Origin: an uncultured virus (IMG/VR IMGVR_UViG_3300042465_006498)
Lineage: Duplodnaviria; Heunggongvirae; Uroviricota; Caudoviricetes
Strand: one strand, 5' to 3'
IMG/VR virus record: IMGVR_UViG_3300042465_006498
DNA: 20,000 nucleotides
Shown: positions 7,712 through 15,763 of the stretch, piece after piece
Position numbering within the stretch: position 1 is the stretch's first letter
Layout: every line of letters begins with the position of its first letter
Program-made: the position numbers and the translations under genes
Notes under the pieces: generated by a model
The model's input: the letters and a program-made list of their open reading frames with translations, nothing else
Database searches by the model: none
Told to the model about the DNA's origin: nothing

Positions 7712-9166
7712 ATGTTCCTTAGTTATATCACCCTGGCAGTTGCATTAAGCCTGTCAGTTATTGCTGCCTACTACTCAATCATGGGTCTTGCGGCCATTTT
7801 TGCTGCGGCCGTGATACCTATTATTATCATGGGTTCTATTCTAGAACTGGGCAAGGTGGTTGTCACGCTGTGGTTGCACGAGTATTGGTCTCGCTGCCGA
7901 CTACTGATGAAAATGTATCTGGTGCCTGCTGTGGCAGCCCTGATGCTGATCACCAGCATGGGTATTTTTGGTTTTCTTAGTAAAGCACACAGCGACCAGA
8001 GCCTGGTATCAGGTGATGTGCAGGCCAAGATCTCAGTGTATGATGAAAAAATTCGAACAGCCAAGGACAATATAGATGCAAACCGTAAGGCGCTTAAACA
8101 GATGGATGAGGCAGTCGACCAAGTTATGGGTCGAAGTGCAGATGAAAAAGGTGCCGATAAAGCCGTATCAATCCGCAGATCTCAAGCTAAAGAACGTGCT
8201 CGTTTACTATCCGAAATCTCCTCCGAGCAGAAAACTATTGCTACAGTCAATGAGGCTCGTGCGCCTATTGCAGCAGAGGTCAGAAAGGTTGAGGCCGAAG
8301 TTGGCCCCATCAAGTACATAGCTGCACTGATTTACAGTGATACCACCAATGTTAATATGCTAGAAGAAGCAGTGCGCTGGGTTATTATTTTGTTGGTCAT
8401 TGTGTTTGACCCCTTGGCCATCATGATGCTGTTGGCGTCTACTGAAAGCCTAAGGTGGGAACGAAAGACACGTGAAGATCAAGCCGCTATGAGTATTGTT
8501 CCGCCTGACATAGTCACAAGATCGTTTACTCCAGAAGAAATTGCAGCATTGGATCAAAATGAATCTGAACCCAAGTATGACTCTGACGACGGACCGTTGA
8601 CTGATGATCAGGTGCAACAGATTAAAAAAACAACAGCAGAGCAACACCCGTATCTTGATCAGCCTTTTGTGCATTTTAAAAACCTTACACCCATACCAGC
8701 ACCTGCAACTGTTAGGCCAGAAACAGATGTAGATGAGCTTGATAATGAACAAGAACTGCCTTATGTGAAAGAAGCCATCAAACAGTGGAAATCAGTTAAT
8801 CCTAATGACACCATCAAGAACCAACGACACCTGTTGTCTCGGGGAGAAATTGCTGAACTGCCATGGATGGCCTTGATTAAATCTTTGCCTGAATACCAAG
8901 CTGTACACAGCTTTGGCACACAGTTACCCAGGTCAGGCAACAAAGGCGACACCTACATTCGAACAGATCAAGTGCCTAATCGCTTGTTTAAACACAATGG
9001 CCACAACTGGATCGAGCTTGACAAAACCATCAGCGACAGTTATACTTACAACACTGCCTACATCGATTATCTCATCGACAAAATTGCCCGGGGGGAATAC
9101 GACCCTGACTTGCTGAGCGACAGAGAGAGCGAACAAGTTGCCCTACATTTACAAGAAAGACAATAA
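7712..9166 (+). CDS. Membrane-anchored coiled-coil protein
   Basis: N-terminal hydrophobic helices, a charged coiled-coil segment, a further TM helix (WVIILLVIVFDPLAIMMLLA), an acidic/Pro linker and a C-terminal P..G.KGD.Y...LFK.NG..W motif. Confidence 0.8.
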   Translation: MFLSYITLAVALSLSVIAAYYSIMGLAAIFAAAVIPIIIMGSILELGKVVVTLWLHEYWSRCRLLMKMYLVPAVAALMLITSMGIFGFLSKAHSDQSLVSGDVQAKISVYDEKIRTAKDNIDANRKALKQMDEAVDQVMGRSADEKGADKAVSIRRSQAKERARLLSEISSEQKTIATVNEARAPIAAEVRKVEAEVGPIKYIAALIYSDTTNVNMLEEAVRWVIILLVIVFDPLAIMMLLASTESLRWERKTREDQAAMSIVPPDIVTRSFTPEEIAALDQNESEPKYDSDDGPLTDDQVQQIKKTTAEQHPYLDQPFVHFKNLTPIPAPATVRPETDVDELDNEQELPYVKEAIKQWKSVNPNDTIKNQRHLLSRGEIAELPWMALIKSLPEYQAVHSFGTQLPRSGNKGDTYIRTDQVPNRLFKHNGHNWIELDKTISDSYTYNTAYIDYLIDKIARGEYDPDLLSDRESEQVALHLQERQ

Positions 9167-10372
9167 ATGAAAAATATCAAACCGATAGATACCTGTAATT
9201 TTTGCGGCAAACACAAAGACACTGTGACCAAGCTTATAGTAGGCGATTCAGTTGCTATTTGCAACGAGTGTGTGGATCTGTGTCAAACTCTCTTGGTAGA
9301 TGACCCAGCAGAACTCAACAAACAAACCGCTACACTGGATCCATTGGCCATTAAAGATCATTTAGACCAGTATGTGATTGGCCAAGATCAAGCCAAACAA
9401 GTGTTGAGCGTGGCAGTGGTCAATCACTACAAACGGATCAACAATCAAGACCAAAATACTGAAATTGAAAAAGCCAACATTCTCATGCTTGGCCCCACAG
9501 GGTCAGGCAAAACACTCTTGGCTCGCACAGTGGCCCGTTATCTTGACGTGCCGTTTGTGATTGCTGATGCCACCAGCTTGACTGAAGCTGGTTATGTAGG
9601 CGACGATGTGGAAAGTCTAATCAGTCGCTTGTATGCTGCTGCAGACTACAACGTAGACCGTTGCCAACGCGGCATTGTGTTTGTGGATGAAATTGACAAG
9701 ATTGCTAGAAAAAGTGAAGGAACCAGTATCACACGTGATGTGTCGGGCGAAGGTGTACAACAAGCCCTGCTCAAACTGGTGGAAGGCACTCGATGCCGAA
9801 TTACTCCGCAAGGCGGGCGTAAACACCCGTCGGGGGAAACGGTAGAAATTGATACCACAAACATCTTGTTCATTGCAGGTGGTGCTTTTGTGGGCCTGGA
9901 AACTATTCTTAAAAATCGCATCAAAGGCAGCACCATTGGCTTTGGTTCTAAACTGGCCACACAAGATGATGTTAATCTCATGAACCAGACCATGCCAGAC
10001 GATCTGGTACGCTTTGGTCTTATTCCAGAGTTTGTGGGACGATTCCCCAGCTGGGTTGCACTGCAGGAACTGACCAAACAGGATCTGTTGCGTATTCTAC
10101 AAGACGTCAAGCACAACTACATCAGTCAGTACCATTGGTTGTTTGAGCGCGATGAAGTTGAACTCAATTTCTCCCCTGCTGCATTAGAATTGATTGCTGA
10201 ACGTACTATTGCTAACAAAACAGGTGCCAGAGGTCTGCATTCAGAACTTGAACGAGTATTGTTACCACACATGTTTTACCTAGCAGCATATCGTCGCCAA
10301 GGCATCAAGTGCGTGGACATTGACGTAGATCTAGTAAACTCACCAGTAGAATTGAAACAAGTCAACGAGTAA
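9167..10372 (+). CDS. clpX: ATP-dependent Clp protease ATP-binding subunit ClpX
   Basis: C4 zinc domain (CNFC...CNEC), Walker A GPTGSGKT, pore-1 GYVG, Walker B FVDEIDK, pore-2 RDVSGEG, RKH loop, IGF ClpP-docking loop, and sensor-2 GARGL. Confidence 0.97.
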   Translation: MKNIKPIDTCNFCGKHKDTVTKLIVGDSVAICNECVDLCQTLLVDDPAELNKQTATLDPLAIKDHLDQYVIGQDQAKQVLSVAVVNHYKRINNQDQNTEIEKANILMLGPTGSGKTLLARTVARYLDVPFVIADATSLTEAGYVGDDVESLISRLYAAADYNVDRCQRGIVFVDEIDKIARKSEGTSITRDVSGEGVQQALLKLVEGTRCRITPQGGRKHPSGETVEIDTTNILFIAGGAFVGLETILKNRIKGSTIGFGSKLATQDDVNLMNQTMPDDLVRFGLIPEFVGRFPSWVALQELTKQDLLRILQDVKHNYISQYHWLFERDEVELNFSPAALELIAERTIANKTGARGLHSELERVLLPHMFYLAAYRRQGIKCVDIDVDLVNSPVELKQVNE

Positions 10373-10644
10373 TGTATATTGAATTTACTCTGCCACAGGG
10401 GCCTAGTGGGATAACCGCACTACAGCCAGGAATACATGCTTTGAACATAGTTTCCAAAAAACTCTCCGCCTGGGCACAACAGTACAACGTTGAGTACAAG
10501 ACAAAAACAATCAAATATAAAATACGAGTAACTTTTGATTTGGACGAGTATTACACATTGTTTGGACTGACCTGGACTGTGGACCCAAAATATCCAAGCT
10601 GGACAGATTACCGCGTGATATCTAATCTAAATAACAAAACATAA
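10372..10644 (+). CDS. Hypothetical protein
   Basis: 90 aa, TAATG overlap with clpX. Confidence 0.75.
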   Translation: MYIEFTLPQGPSGITALQPGIHALNIVSKKLSAWAQQYNVEYKTKTIKYKIRVTFDLDEYYTLFGLTWTVDPKYPSWTDYRVISNLNNKT

Positions 10645-10654
10645 TTGATTTTTG

Positions 10655-10668
10655 TGTTATACTAAATA
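10655..10668 (+). promoter_or_regulatory. Overlapping extended -10 promoter and late-promoter motif for the sHsp gene
   Basis: TGtTATACT (10655-10663) overlaps CTAAATA (10662-10668). Confidence 0.5.
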
Positions 10669-10672
10669 ACAA

Positions 10673-10735
10673 TGTAGTGCCCATAGTGGGGCTACACTTC
10701 AAAGTCATCTTGCTTAATAAAGGAGAAAACAAATG
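10673..10735 (+). promoter_or_regulatory. ROSE-like RNA thermometer in the sHsp 5' UTR
   Basis: 5' hairpin at 10673-10696. TCTTGCTT (10708-10715) pairs with the SD region AAGGAGA (10720-10726) with a bulged G and contains the ROSE U(U/C)GCU signature. Confidence 0.65.
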
Positions 10736-11194
10736 ACAAAAACTCTCACCCTTCGTAGTTTCGACATCCCCGCAATTCACAAATTTGGTATTGGTTTCGA
10801 TAACATGTTTGATGATCTAATGCGTGTGACAGCTCAACAATCCAGCACAAACTATCCACCTTACGATATTGTACAAATCAGCGAAGATGAGTACATGATC
10901 AATCTAGCAGTGGCAGGTTTTGGGCACGACAATCTTTCAGTGACCAAGGACAAAAAGTTTTTGATAGTTGAAGGTACACACAGTGTAGCAAAGTTGGCAG
11001 ATGAAGATGATGCCAACTACACATATCTACACAAAGGCATCAGCGAAAGACATTTCCGCAGAGAATTTCAACTTGCAGATCATGTGGAAATCAGCAATGC
11101 ACACCTTGAACTTGGTATCTTGAGCATACGTTTAAAACGTGAAGTTCCTGAAAGCGCCAAGCCAAAAACTATTGCTATTACGCACGTTTCTTAA
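10733..11194 (+). CDS. Small heat-shock protein (Hsp20, IbpA-like)
   Basis: IGFD, NYPPYDI, LAVAGF, YLHKGISERHFRREFQLADHVEI, A.L..GIL.I.L and C-terminal IxI (TIAI). Confidence 0.96.
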   Translation: MTKTLTLRSFDIPAIHKFGIGFDNMFDDLMRVTAQQSSTNYPPYDIVQISEDEYMINLAVAGFGHDNLSVTKDKKFLIVEGTHSVAKLADEDDANYTYLHKGISERHFRREFQLADHVEISNAHLELGILSIRLKREVPESAKPKTIAITHVS

Positions 11195-11210
11195 TATAAT
11201 AGTGTAAATA
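11172..11210 (+). promoter_or_regulatory. Tandem sigma70 and late-type promoters upstream of clpS
   Basis: TTGCTA (11172-11177), 17-nt spacer, TATAAT (11195-11200), then GTAAATA (11204-11210). Confidence 0.5.
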
Positions 11211-11211
11211 C

Positions 11212-11237
11212 AGTGGCAGCAATTTCGCTGCCACTTT
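11212..11237 (+). terminator. Perfect 9-bp hairpin (terminator or 5' stabilising stem)
   Basis: AGTGGCAGC-aatttc-GCTGCCACT followed by only a short T-run. Confidence 0.5.
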
Positions 11238-11253
11238 ATCAAGGAAAGTAACA

Positions 11254-11562
11254 ATGCCTCAATCAGATATCCGCACACGCATCAAACCACTAGAAGCTGT
11301 AAAAGAACCCCCAATGTACCGCGTGGTTTATTTGAATGACAATCAAACTTCATCAGAGTTTGTGGTTGAAAGTTTGATGGAGCATTTTGATTATACTGCC
11401 GAAACAGCGGATCAAATCACAATTGACATTCACGAATCTGGCTCAGCTGTGGTAGCTGTGTTGCCCTACGAAATTGCCGAACAAAAAGGCGTAGAAGTGA
11501 CCATGCTGGCTCGAGCACAAAGTTATCCTTTGCAGATCAAACTAGAACCTGAATCAAATTAA
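11254..11562 (+). CDS. clpS: ATP-dependent Clp protease adaptor ClpS (variant pocket)
   Basis: PPMYRVVYLNDNQT..EFVV, IHESG.AVV, EIAEQK, AR...YPL. AAGGA RBS. Confidence 0.93.
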   Translation: MPQSDIRTRIKPLEAVKEPPMYRVVYLNDNQTSSEFVVESLMEHFDYTAETADQITIDIHESGSAVVAVLPYEIAEQKGVEVTMLARAQSYPLQIKLEPESN

Positions 11563-12350
11563 TAGTTAATCACAATACGCTTTGGGTAGTACACCTGCTG
11601 TGAATAAGTTGTGTCTCCCCGACCTCTGCAGTTGTTGACAAATCTAACTCCGCTACGAACTTGATCCACAGATCCATGATAGTGCCCAAAACACCAGGTG
11701 TGAATCTTTTTTTCAGTGTCAGCACCTAGTGCCTGCATCATGTATCGGTTGCCCGCAGTGTTCATTCTTGAAGATCCTACTAGATCAATGTCGTGCGCAA
11801 CCAAGGCAGGATCAGGTACTGTGTGAGTAACCACGATGATTTTTTTAACATCAGGATGTGTTTGCAATCGTTTGATACTGGTATTCATGTACAGAGCATC
11901 GCTTACAGCCATTTGTGCAATGGATCGAACAGTTGCTACGTCAAGGTCATGACGCTCGGCATACCATAGCATGGCGTCAGCTGAATCAATGGATGAGTCA
12001 AAGTCAAATGCCCACCACCCGGAAGTGCCCACAATAGCAACACCGTCGATCACAACCACATTGTCTTGCAAGTACACCACATTGGGTATGAGTTCAATTT
12101 GTTGACTCAGATACTGATAACTAAAATCCAGCTGTGTGATATAATTTTTGTGTTCATCATTGCCGTCTATGTAAAAAACAGCTCGATAGCAGGTTCCTAG
12201 ATGTTTGAGAGTTTTTAACAACAATGCTTGATCTTTGCACACATCACCGGCCACAATACACACAGGACTAGTGGCCTGAGCTGTCCAGTCAAAAGATTCA
12301 GGCCAGGTTTCAATGTGTAGATCAGAAATTAAATCAAAAGCAAATTGCAT
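11559..12350 (-). CDS. Calcineurin-like metallophosphoesterase
   Basis: Metal-binding motifs SDLH, AGD, GNDEH, THTVP and FGHYH. Confidence 0.9.
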   Translation of the reverse strand: MQFAFDLISDLHIETWPESFDWTAQATSPVCIVAGDVCKDQALLLKTLKHLGTCYRAVFYIDGNDEHKNYITQLDFSYQYLSQQIELIPNVVYLQDNVVVIDGVAIVGTSGWWAFDFDSSIDSADAMLWYAERHDLDVATVRSIAQMAVSDALYMNTSIKRLQTHPDVKKIIVVTHTVPDPALVAHDIDLVGSSRMNTAGNRYMMQALGADTEKKIHTWCFGHYHGSVDQVRSGVRFVNNCRGRGDTTYSQQVYYPKRIVINY

Positions 12351-12356
12351 GATACA

Positions 12357-12363
12357 TATTTAA
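12357..12363 (-). promoter_or_regulatory. Late-promoter motif for the phosphoesterase (likely leaderless)
   Basis: Minus strand reads TTAAATA-tgtatc-ATG. Confidence 0.45.
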
Positions 12364-12374
12364 AAGGAAAACAC

Positions 12375-12728
12375 ATGAACATTATATTTGGAGACTCAAT
12401 CAATCAAATTCCCAACAGTTTTACTGTGCTGGAACTGGACACATTCCGTATGATCAACGAAGGTCGTAACGCCACCGCATATTGCGTGATTGAAAAAATT
12501 CCCTTGACTGATTTTGACAAGCTGACAGCCTACAAAAAAGTACATAGTGATCTCCTGGAGAACTATCGCAGACGCGAATGGACCTATTGTGAGCATGCTA
12601 TTGAAGGCCTTATGGGCAAGTGGAACAACGAACTAGATTCTTTTTATTCTGACCTGTTGTTACGAGTACAGACATATCGTCAAAATCCCCCTGGAGACGA
12701 ATGGGATGGCACTAGAGTCAAGATTTAA
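12375..12728 (+). CDS. Hypothetical protein resembling the C-terminal part of class III adenylate/guanylate cyclases
   Basis: AAAGGA RBS before the ATG at 12375. FTVLELDTFRM...AYCV and Y.RREW...D.FY...R...Y...PP..EWDG resemble the cyclase RELD.IRVKGK...IYE segment and PP..WDG tail. Confidence 0.55.
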   Translation: MNIIFGDSINQIPNSFTVLELDTFRMINEGRNATAYCVIEKIPLTDFDKLTAYKKVHSDLLENYRRREWTYCEHAIEGLMGKWNNELDSFYSDLLLRVQTYRQNPPGDEWDGTRVKI

Positions 12729-14007
12729 CGTTAGAATGTTTTAGTAATTCTTTTGTTCTTTCATATTGTGCCAGAGTCGCCCAGGATGGCCTCCATTGAG
12801 GATGGTATTTAGATTCTAAATATTGAAATTTAATTCCGGTTGTGTAATTGTTCATTTCTGTAATTCCTTGATTTAAATTTTGTTGATATTCAAGAATAAC
12901 CTGTTGTTGAAATTCTTTACTAAAGAATCTTTTGTGATTGTGTTCGCATACTTCTTGCATTTTTTTATACATGATTTCTTTTTGTGCGCCTGGCATAGTT
13001 GCAATTGATTTCATTAGATCAACAATTGCAACAAGCCTTTGTGCTGGATCCTGAATATTGTCATAATCTTCGTCGATAATATTCTCAAATGTCTGAAAGC
13101 CGTAACTTTGCAAATATGCTAGACTTCCTGGTGTAGATACCAAAATAAACGGCTGTCCACAAGCTATTGGTCTCAATATTTTTTCAGTAAGATGCCATCT
13201 AGTGTCGTCAAACAATGTTTCTAAAACAATTTCTATGCCGCATGTTTGATAATCCTCACCTGCATAATCAGCGCTGGCTGAGCTTGGTGTTAAGTTGTTT
13301 TCAAAGAAATCTTCAAGATCAAATCTTGAAATAGACAACGTGGGATTTTTGAATTGATGAGATTGATAATGGTAATTTTGATCTGTATCACTGAATGACA
13401 TCTTGCATTTTTCAGCCAGATCATAGTTAACGATTAACTCAGTAAACCTTAACCGATATTCCCTGACCCCAGACCAAGCTCTGTTATACACCAGGAAGTC
13501 TTTTGTTATTGATTTGTTTTTTAATAACGGGTCTATTTCTGCGTATCTGAACCAGTCTCTTGCAATAATAGCATGACTCCAGAGATACACCGGAACCAAC
13601 TCATTAGATTGATATTTTAAAACCTCGTTACTATTTTTTTCTGAGTGTAATATTAAGGTACGGTCATAAACAGATGGTGGTCCTATTGTACGTAACATGA
13701 ATTCTTTAGCTGTTTTTGAGCTGGTCTCCATGTAAATTTCAAACTCGGGGGAGTTTGTAGTAAATGGGCAAGAATTTTTTATAAAATTGATTATGTCAGA
13801 TTCTGAATAGTAATTGTAATCCAATGGTTCTTGATCGTGACATATCATGGCAGGAATGTTGGGCCACAAATCTGATTTGTCGTAACTTTTTAACATGGTT
13901 AGATTGTTGAGATTTCTTGAGCCATGAGGATTCCAACGATAAATTAATAAGTTATGATTACTGATGCTGTCTAAAAAATTGTATAATCTATCTAAAGGAA
14001 TTGACAT
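12718..14007 (-). CDS. Putative glycosyltransferase-like protein (GT10-like motif), AT-rich
   Basis: 429-aa ORF. IVLETLF...LTEKILRPIACGQPFI...YLQSYGFQTF..IIDEDYD resembles the E...(Y)xTEK...P motif of GT10/GT-B enzymes. Confidence 0.55.
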   Translation of the reverse strand: MSIPLDRLYNFLDSISNHNLLIYRWNPHGSRNLNNLTMLKSYDKSDLWPNIPAMICHDQEPLDYNYYSESDIINFIKNSCPFTTNSPEFEIYMETSSKTAKEFMLRTIGPPSVYDRTLILHSEKNSNEVLKYQSNELVPVYLWSHAIIARDWFRYAEIDPLLKNKSITKDFLVYNRAWSGVREYRLRFTELIVNYDLAEKCKMSFSDTDQNYHYQSHQFKNPTLSISRFDLEDFFENNLTPSSASADYAGEDYQTCGIEIVLETLFDDTRWHLTEKILRPIACGQPFILVSTPGSLAYLQSYGFQTFENIIDEDYDNIQDPAQRLVAIVDLMKSIATMPGAQKEIMYKKMQEVCEHNHKRFFSKEFQQQVILEYQQNLNQGITEMNNYTTGIKFQYLESKYHPQWRPSWATLAQYERTKELLKHSNVKS

Positions 14008-14010
14008 CGA

Positions 14011-15261
14011 ATGAAAAATGTTGGATTTATTGGTCTCGGCAAGTTAGGGCTTGAATGTGCCGAAGTGTTTGCTGAATATTATACTGTGTACGGATATGAT
14101 ATTTACCCAAGATCAAGTGACCTTGTTAAAGTTTGCGATGTGCAGCAAGTAATAGAATCATGTGAATGGATTTTTGTGGCAGTGCCTACTCCGCATGCTG
14201 ACGGTTATGACGGATCAGTTCCGTCAAGCCACATGTGTCCGCAAGATTTTGGTCACCACGCGGTAATTGATGCGCTGGAAAAAATCAATGCCTATGCTGA
14301 CTCTCCAAAAAAAGTTGTGCTGATCAGCACAGTGCTTCCTGGTACTACTAGAAAACACTTTGCAACACTATTAGATCCCAAACACACATTCTTATATAAC
14401 CCCTATCTTATTGCCATGGGATCGGTTAAGTGGGACATGGTCAACCCTGAGATGGTCATGATTGGTTCAGACACCGGAGCAGGCACAGAAATACAGGAAC
14501 TAGTGGAGTTATATCAGTCCATGATGAAAAATTCGCCACGCTATGTGACAGGCACCTGGGAAGAATGTGAAGCTATTAAGATCTTCTACAATACATTTAT
14601 TTCAGCCAAAGTGGGCATAGTAAACATGATTCAAGACTTTGCGGTCAAGATTGGTAACATCAATGTGGATGTGGTTACCGATGCACTGGCTGCCAGCACC
14701 ATGCGGATCATGGGACCTAAATACATGACCGCGGGCATGGGCGATGCAGGTGCTTGCCATCCGCGTGACAACATTGCTCTACGCTGGTTGGCCAAAGAAT
14801 ACAATATTGGCTATGACTTGTTTGACACCATCATGCGGGCTCGAGAACAGCAAGCTCGCAACCTTGCTCAGTTTTTGTTTGACACTGCACTACAGGATGG
14901 AAAGGCTTTTGGTCTTTTGCCCATAGTGATTCATGGCAAAGCCTACAAGCCCAACGTGCCTTACTGTATTGGCAGCTACAGCACCTTGGTTGGACACTAC
15001 TTGAAAGAGCTAGGAGTCCTGGTTAAATATGTTGACCCATTGGCAGATGACCGCACAGATTGTGTAACATCGTTTGATCAGCCAGCAGTGATTCTTATGG
15101 CACACAATCGCAACATCACATATGGCTACACAGGTGTACAAGCAACAGATCCAGACTACTTTGAATTTGTTCAAGGCAGCATCATTGTTGATCCGTTCCG
15201 ACAAGAAGCAAATCGAACAGGCATGACAGTAATACATTATGGCAACACACGCAGTCTCTAA
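14011..15261 (+). CDS. UDP-glucose/GDP-mannose dehydrogenase family protein (divergent)
   Basis: Rossmann GLGKLG, VAVPTP, STVLPGTT, EAIKIFYN, catalytic GACHPRD and GKAYKPN. Confidence 0.9.
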   Translation: MKNVGFIGLGKLGLECAEVFAEYYTVYGYDIYPRSSDLVKVCDVQQVIESCEWIFVAVPTPHADGYDGSVPSSHMCPQDFGHHAVIDALEKINAYADSPKKVVLISTVLPGTTRKHFATLLDPKHTFLYNPYLIAMGSVKWDMVNPEMVMIGSDTGAGTEIQELVELYQSMMKNSPRYVTGTWEECEAIKIFYNTFISAKVGIVNMIQDFAVKIGNINVDVVTDALAASTMRIMGPKYMTAGMGDAGACHPRDNIALRWLAKEYNIGYDLFDTIMRAREQQARNLAQFLFDTALQDGKAFGLLPIVIHGKAYKPNVPYCIGSYSTLVGHYLKELGVLVKYVDPLADDRTDCVTSFDQPAVILMAHNRNITYGYTGVQATDPDYFEFVQGSIIVDPFRQEANRTGMTVIHYGNTRSL

Positions 15262-15763
15262 ATATCATATTCCTGCATTTTGGGATGATGAATTCCTGGA
15301 CCTTGAATATATCAATGAAACATTCAACGACAATGAATCAATTGAACATTGGTTGGCACAAGGATTTTCAAGCAAGTTCACAGGCGACATGTGCGACATG
15401 CGTAGTGCACAACCCAGCTGGAACCAAACTATCATTGAAGTGTTCACCCAGCTGGGATGGCAAGATATTGGCACCAGTTACTACAGAATGATGCCAGGAA
15501 CAATTTTGCCCACACACCAAGATCTTTACAAAAAATACATTGACATATTTGATCTGCAAGGTCAGGAACACACCATTTGCCGAGCTGTGATATTTTTACA
15601 GGATTGGCAACCTGGACACTACTTGGAGGCCATGGACGAACCTGTGGTCAAGTGGCGTGCGGGTGATGTGATAGAATGGTGTTATGACACTCCACACATG
15701 GCAGCCAACATGGGTGCCACAGTCAGGTACACGTTACAAGTTACTGGACATGTGCCCAAATGA
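15239..15763 (+). CDS. 2OG-Fe(II) oxygenase (Asp/Asn beta-hydroxylase-like)
   Basis: PGTILPTHQD (HxD), distal H in TPHMAANMG, and RYTLQV (2OG-binding Arg). Confidence 0.8.
   Translation: MATHAVSKYHIPAFWDDEFLDLEYINETFNDNESIEHWLAQGFSSKFTGDMCDMRSAQPSWNQTIIEVFTQLGWQDIGTSYYRMMPGTILPTHQDLYKKYIDIFDLQGQEHTICRAVIFLQDWQPGHYLEAMDEPVVKWRAGDVIEWCYDTPHMAANMGATVRYTLQVTGHVPK

Noticed and set aside
10673..10696. CIRCE operator upstream of the sHsp gene
   Set aside because: The inverted repeat does not match TTAGCACTC-N9-GAGTGCTAA and is better explained as a 5' UTR hairpin.
9167..11562. Bacterial chromosome origin for the clpX/clpS region
   Set aside because: There is no tig-clpP-clpX-lon or clpS-clpA context, and the flanks are phage-type ORFans, a T4-like ligase and phage-type promoter motifs.
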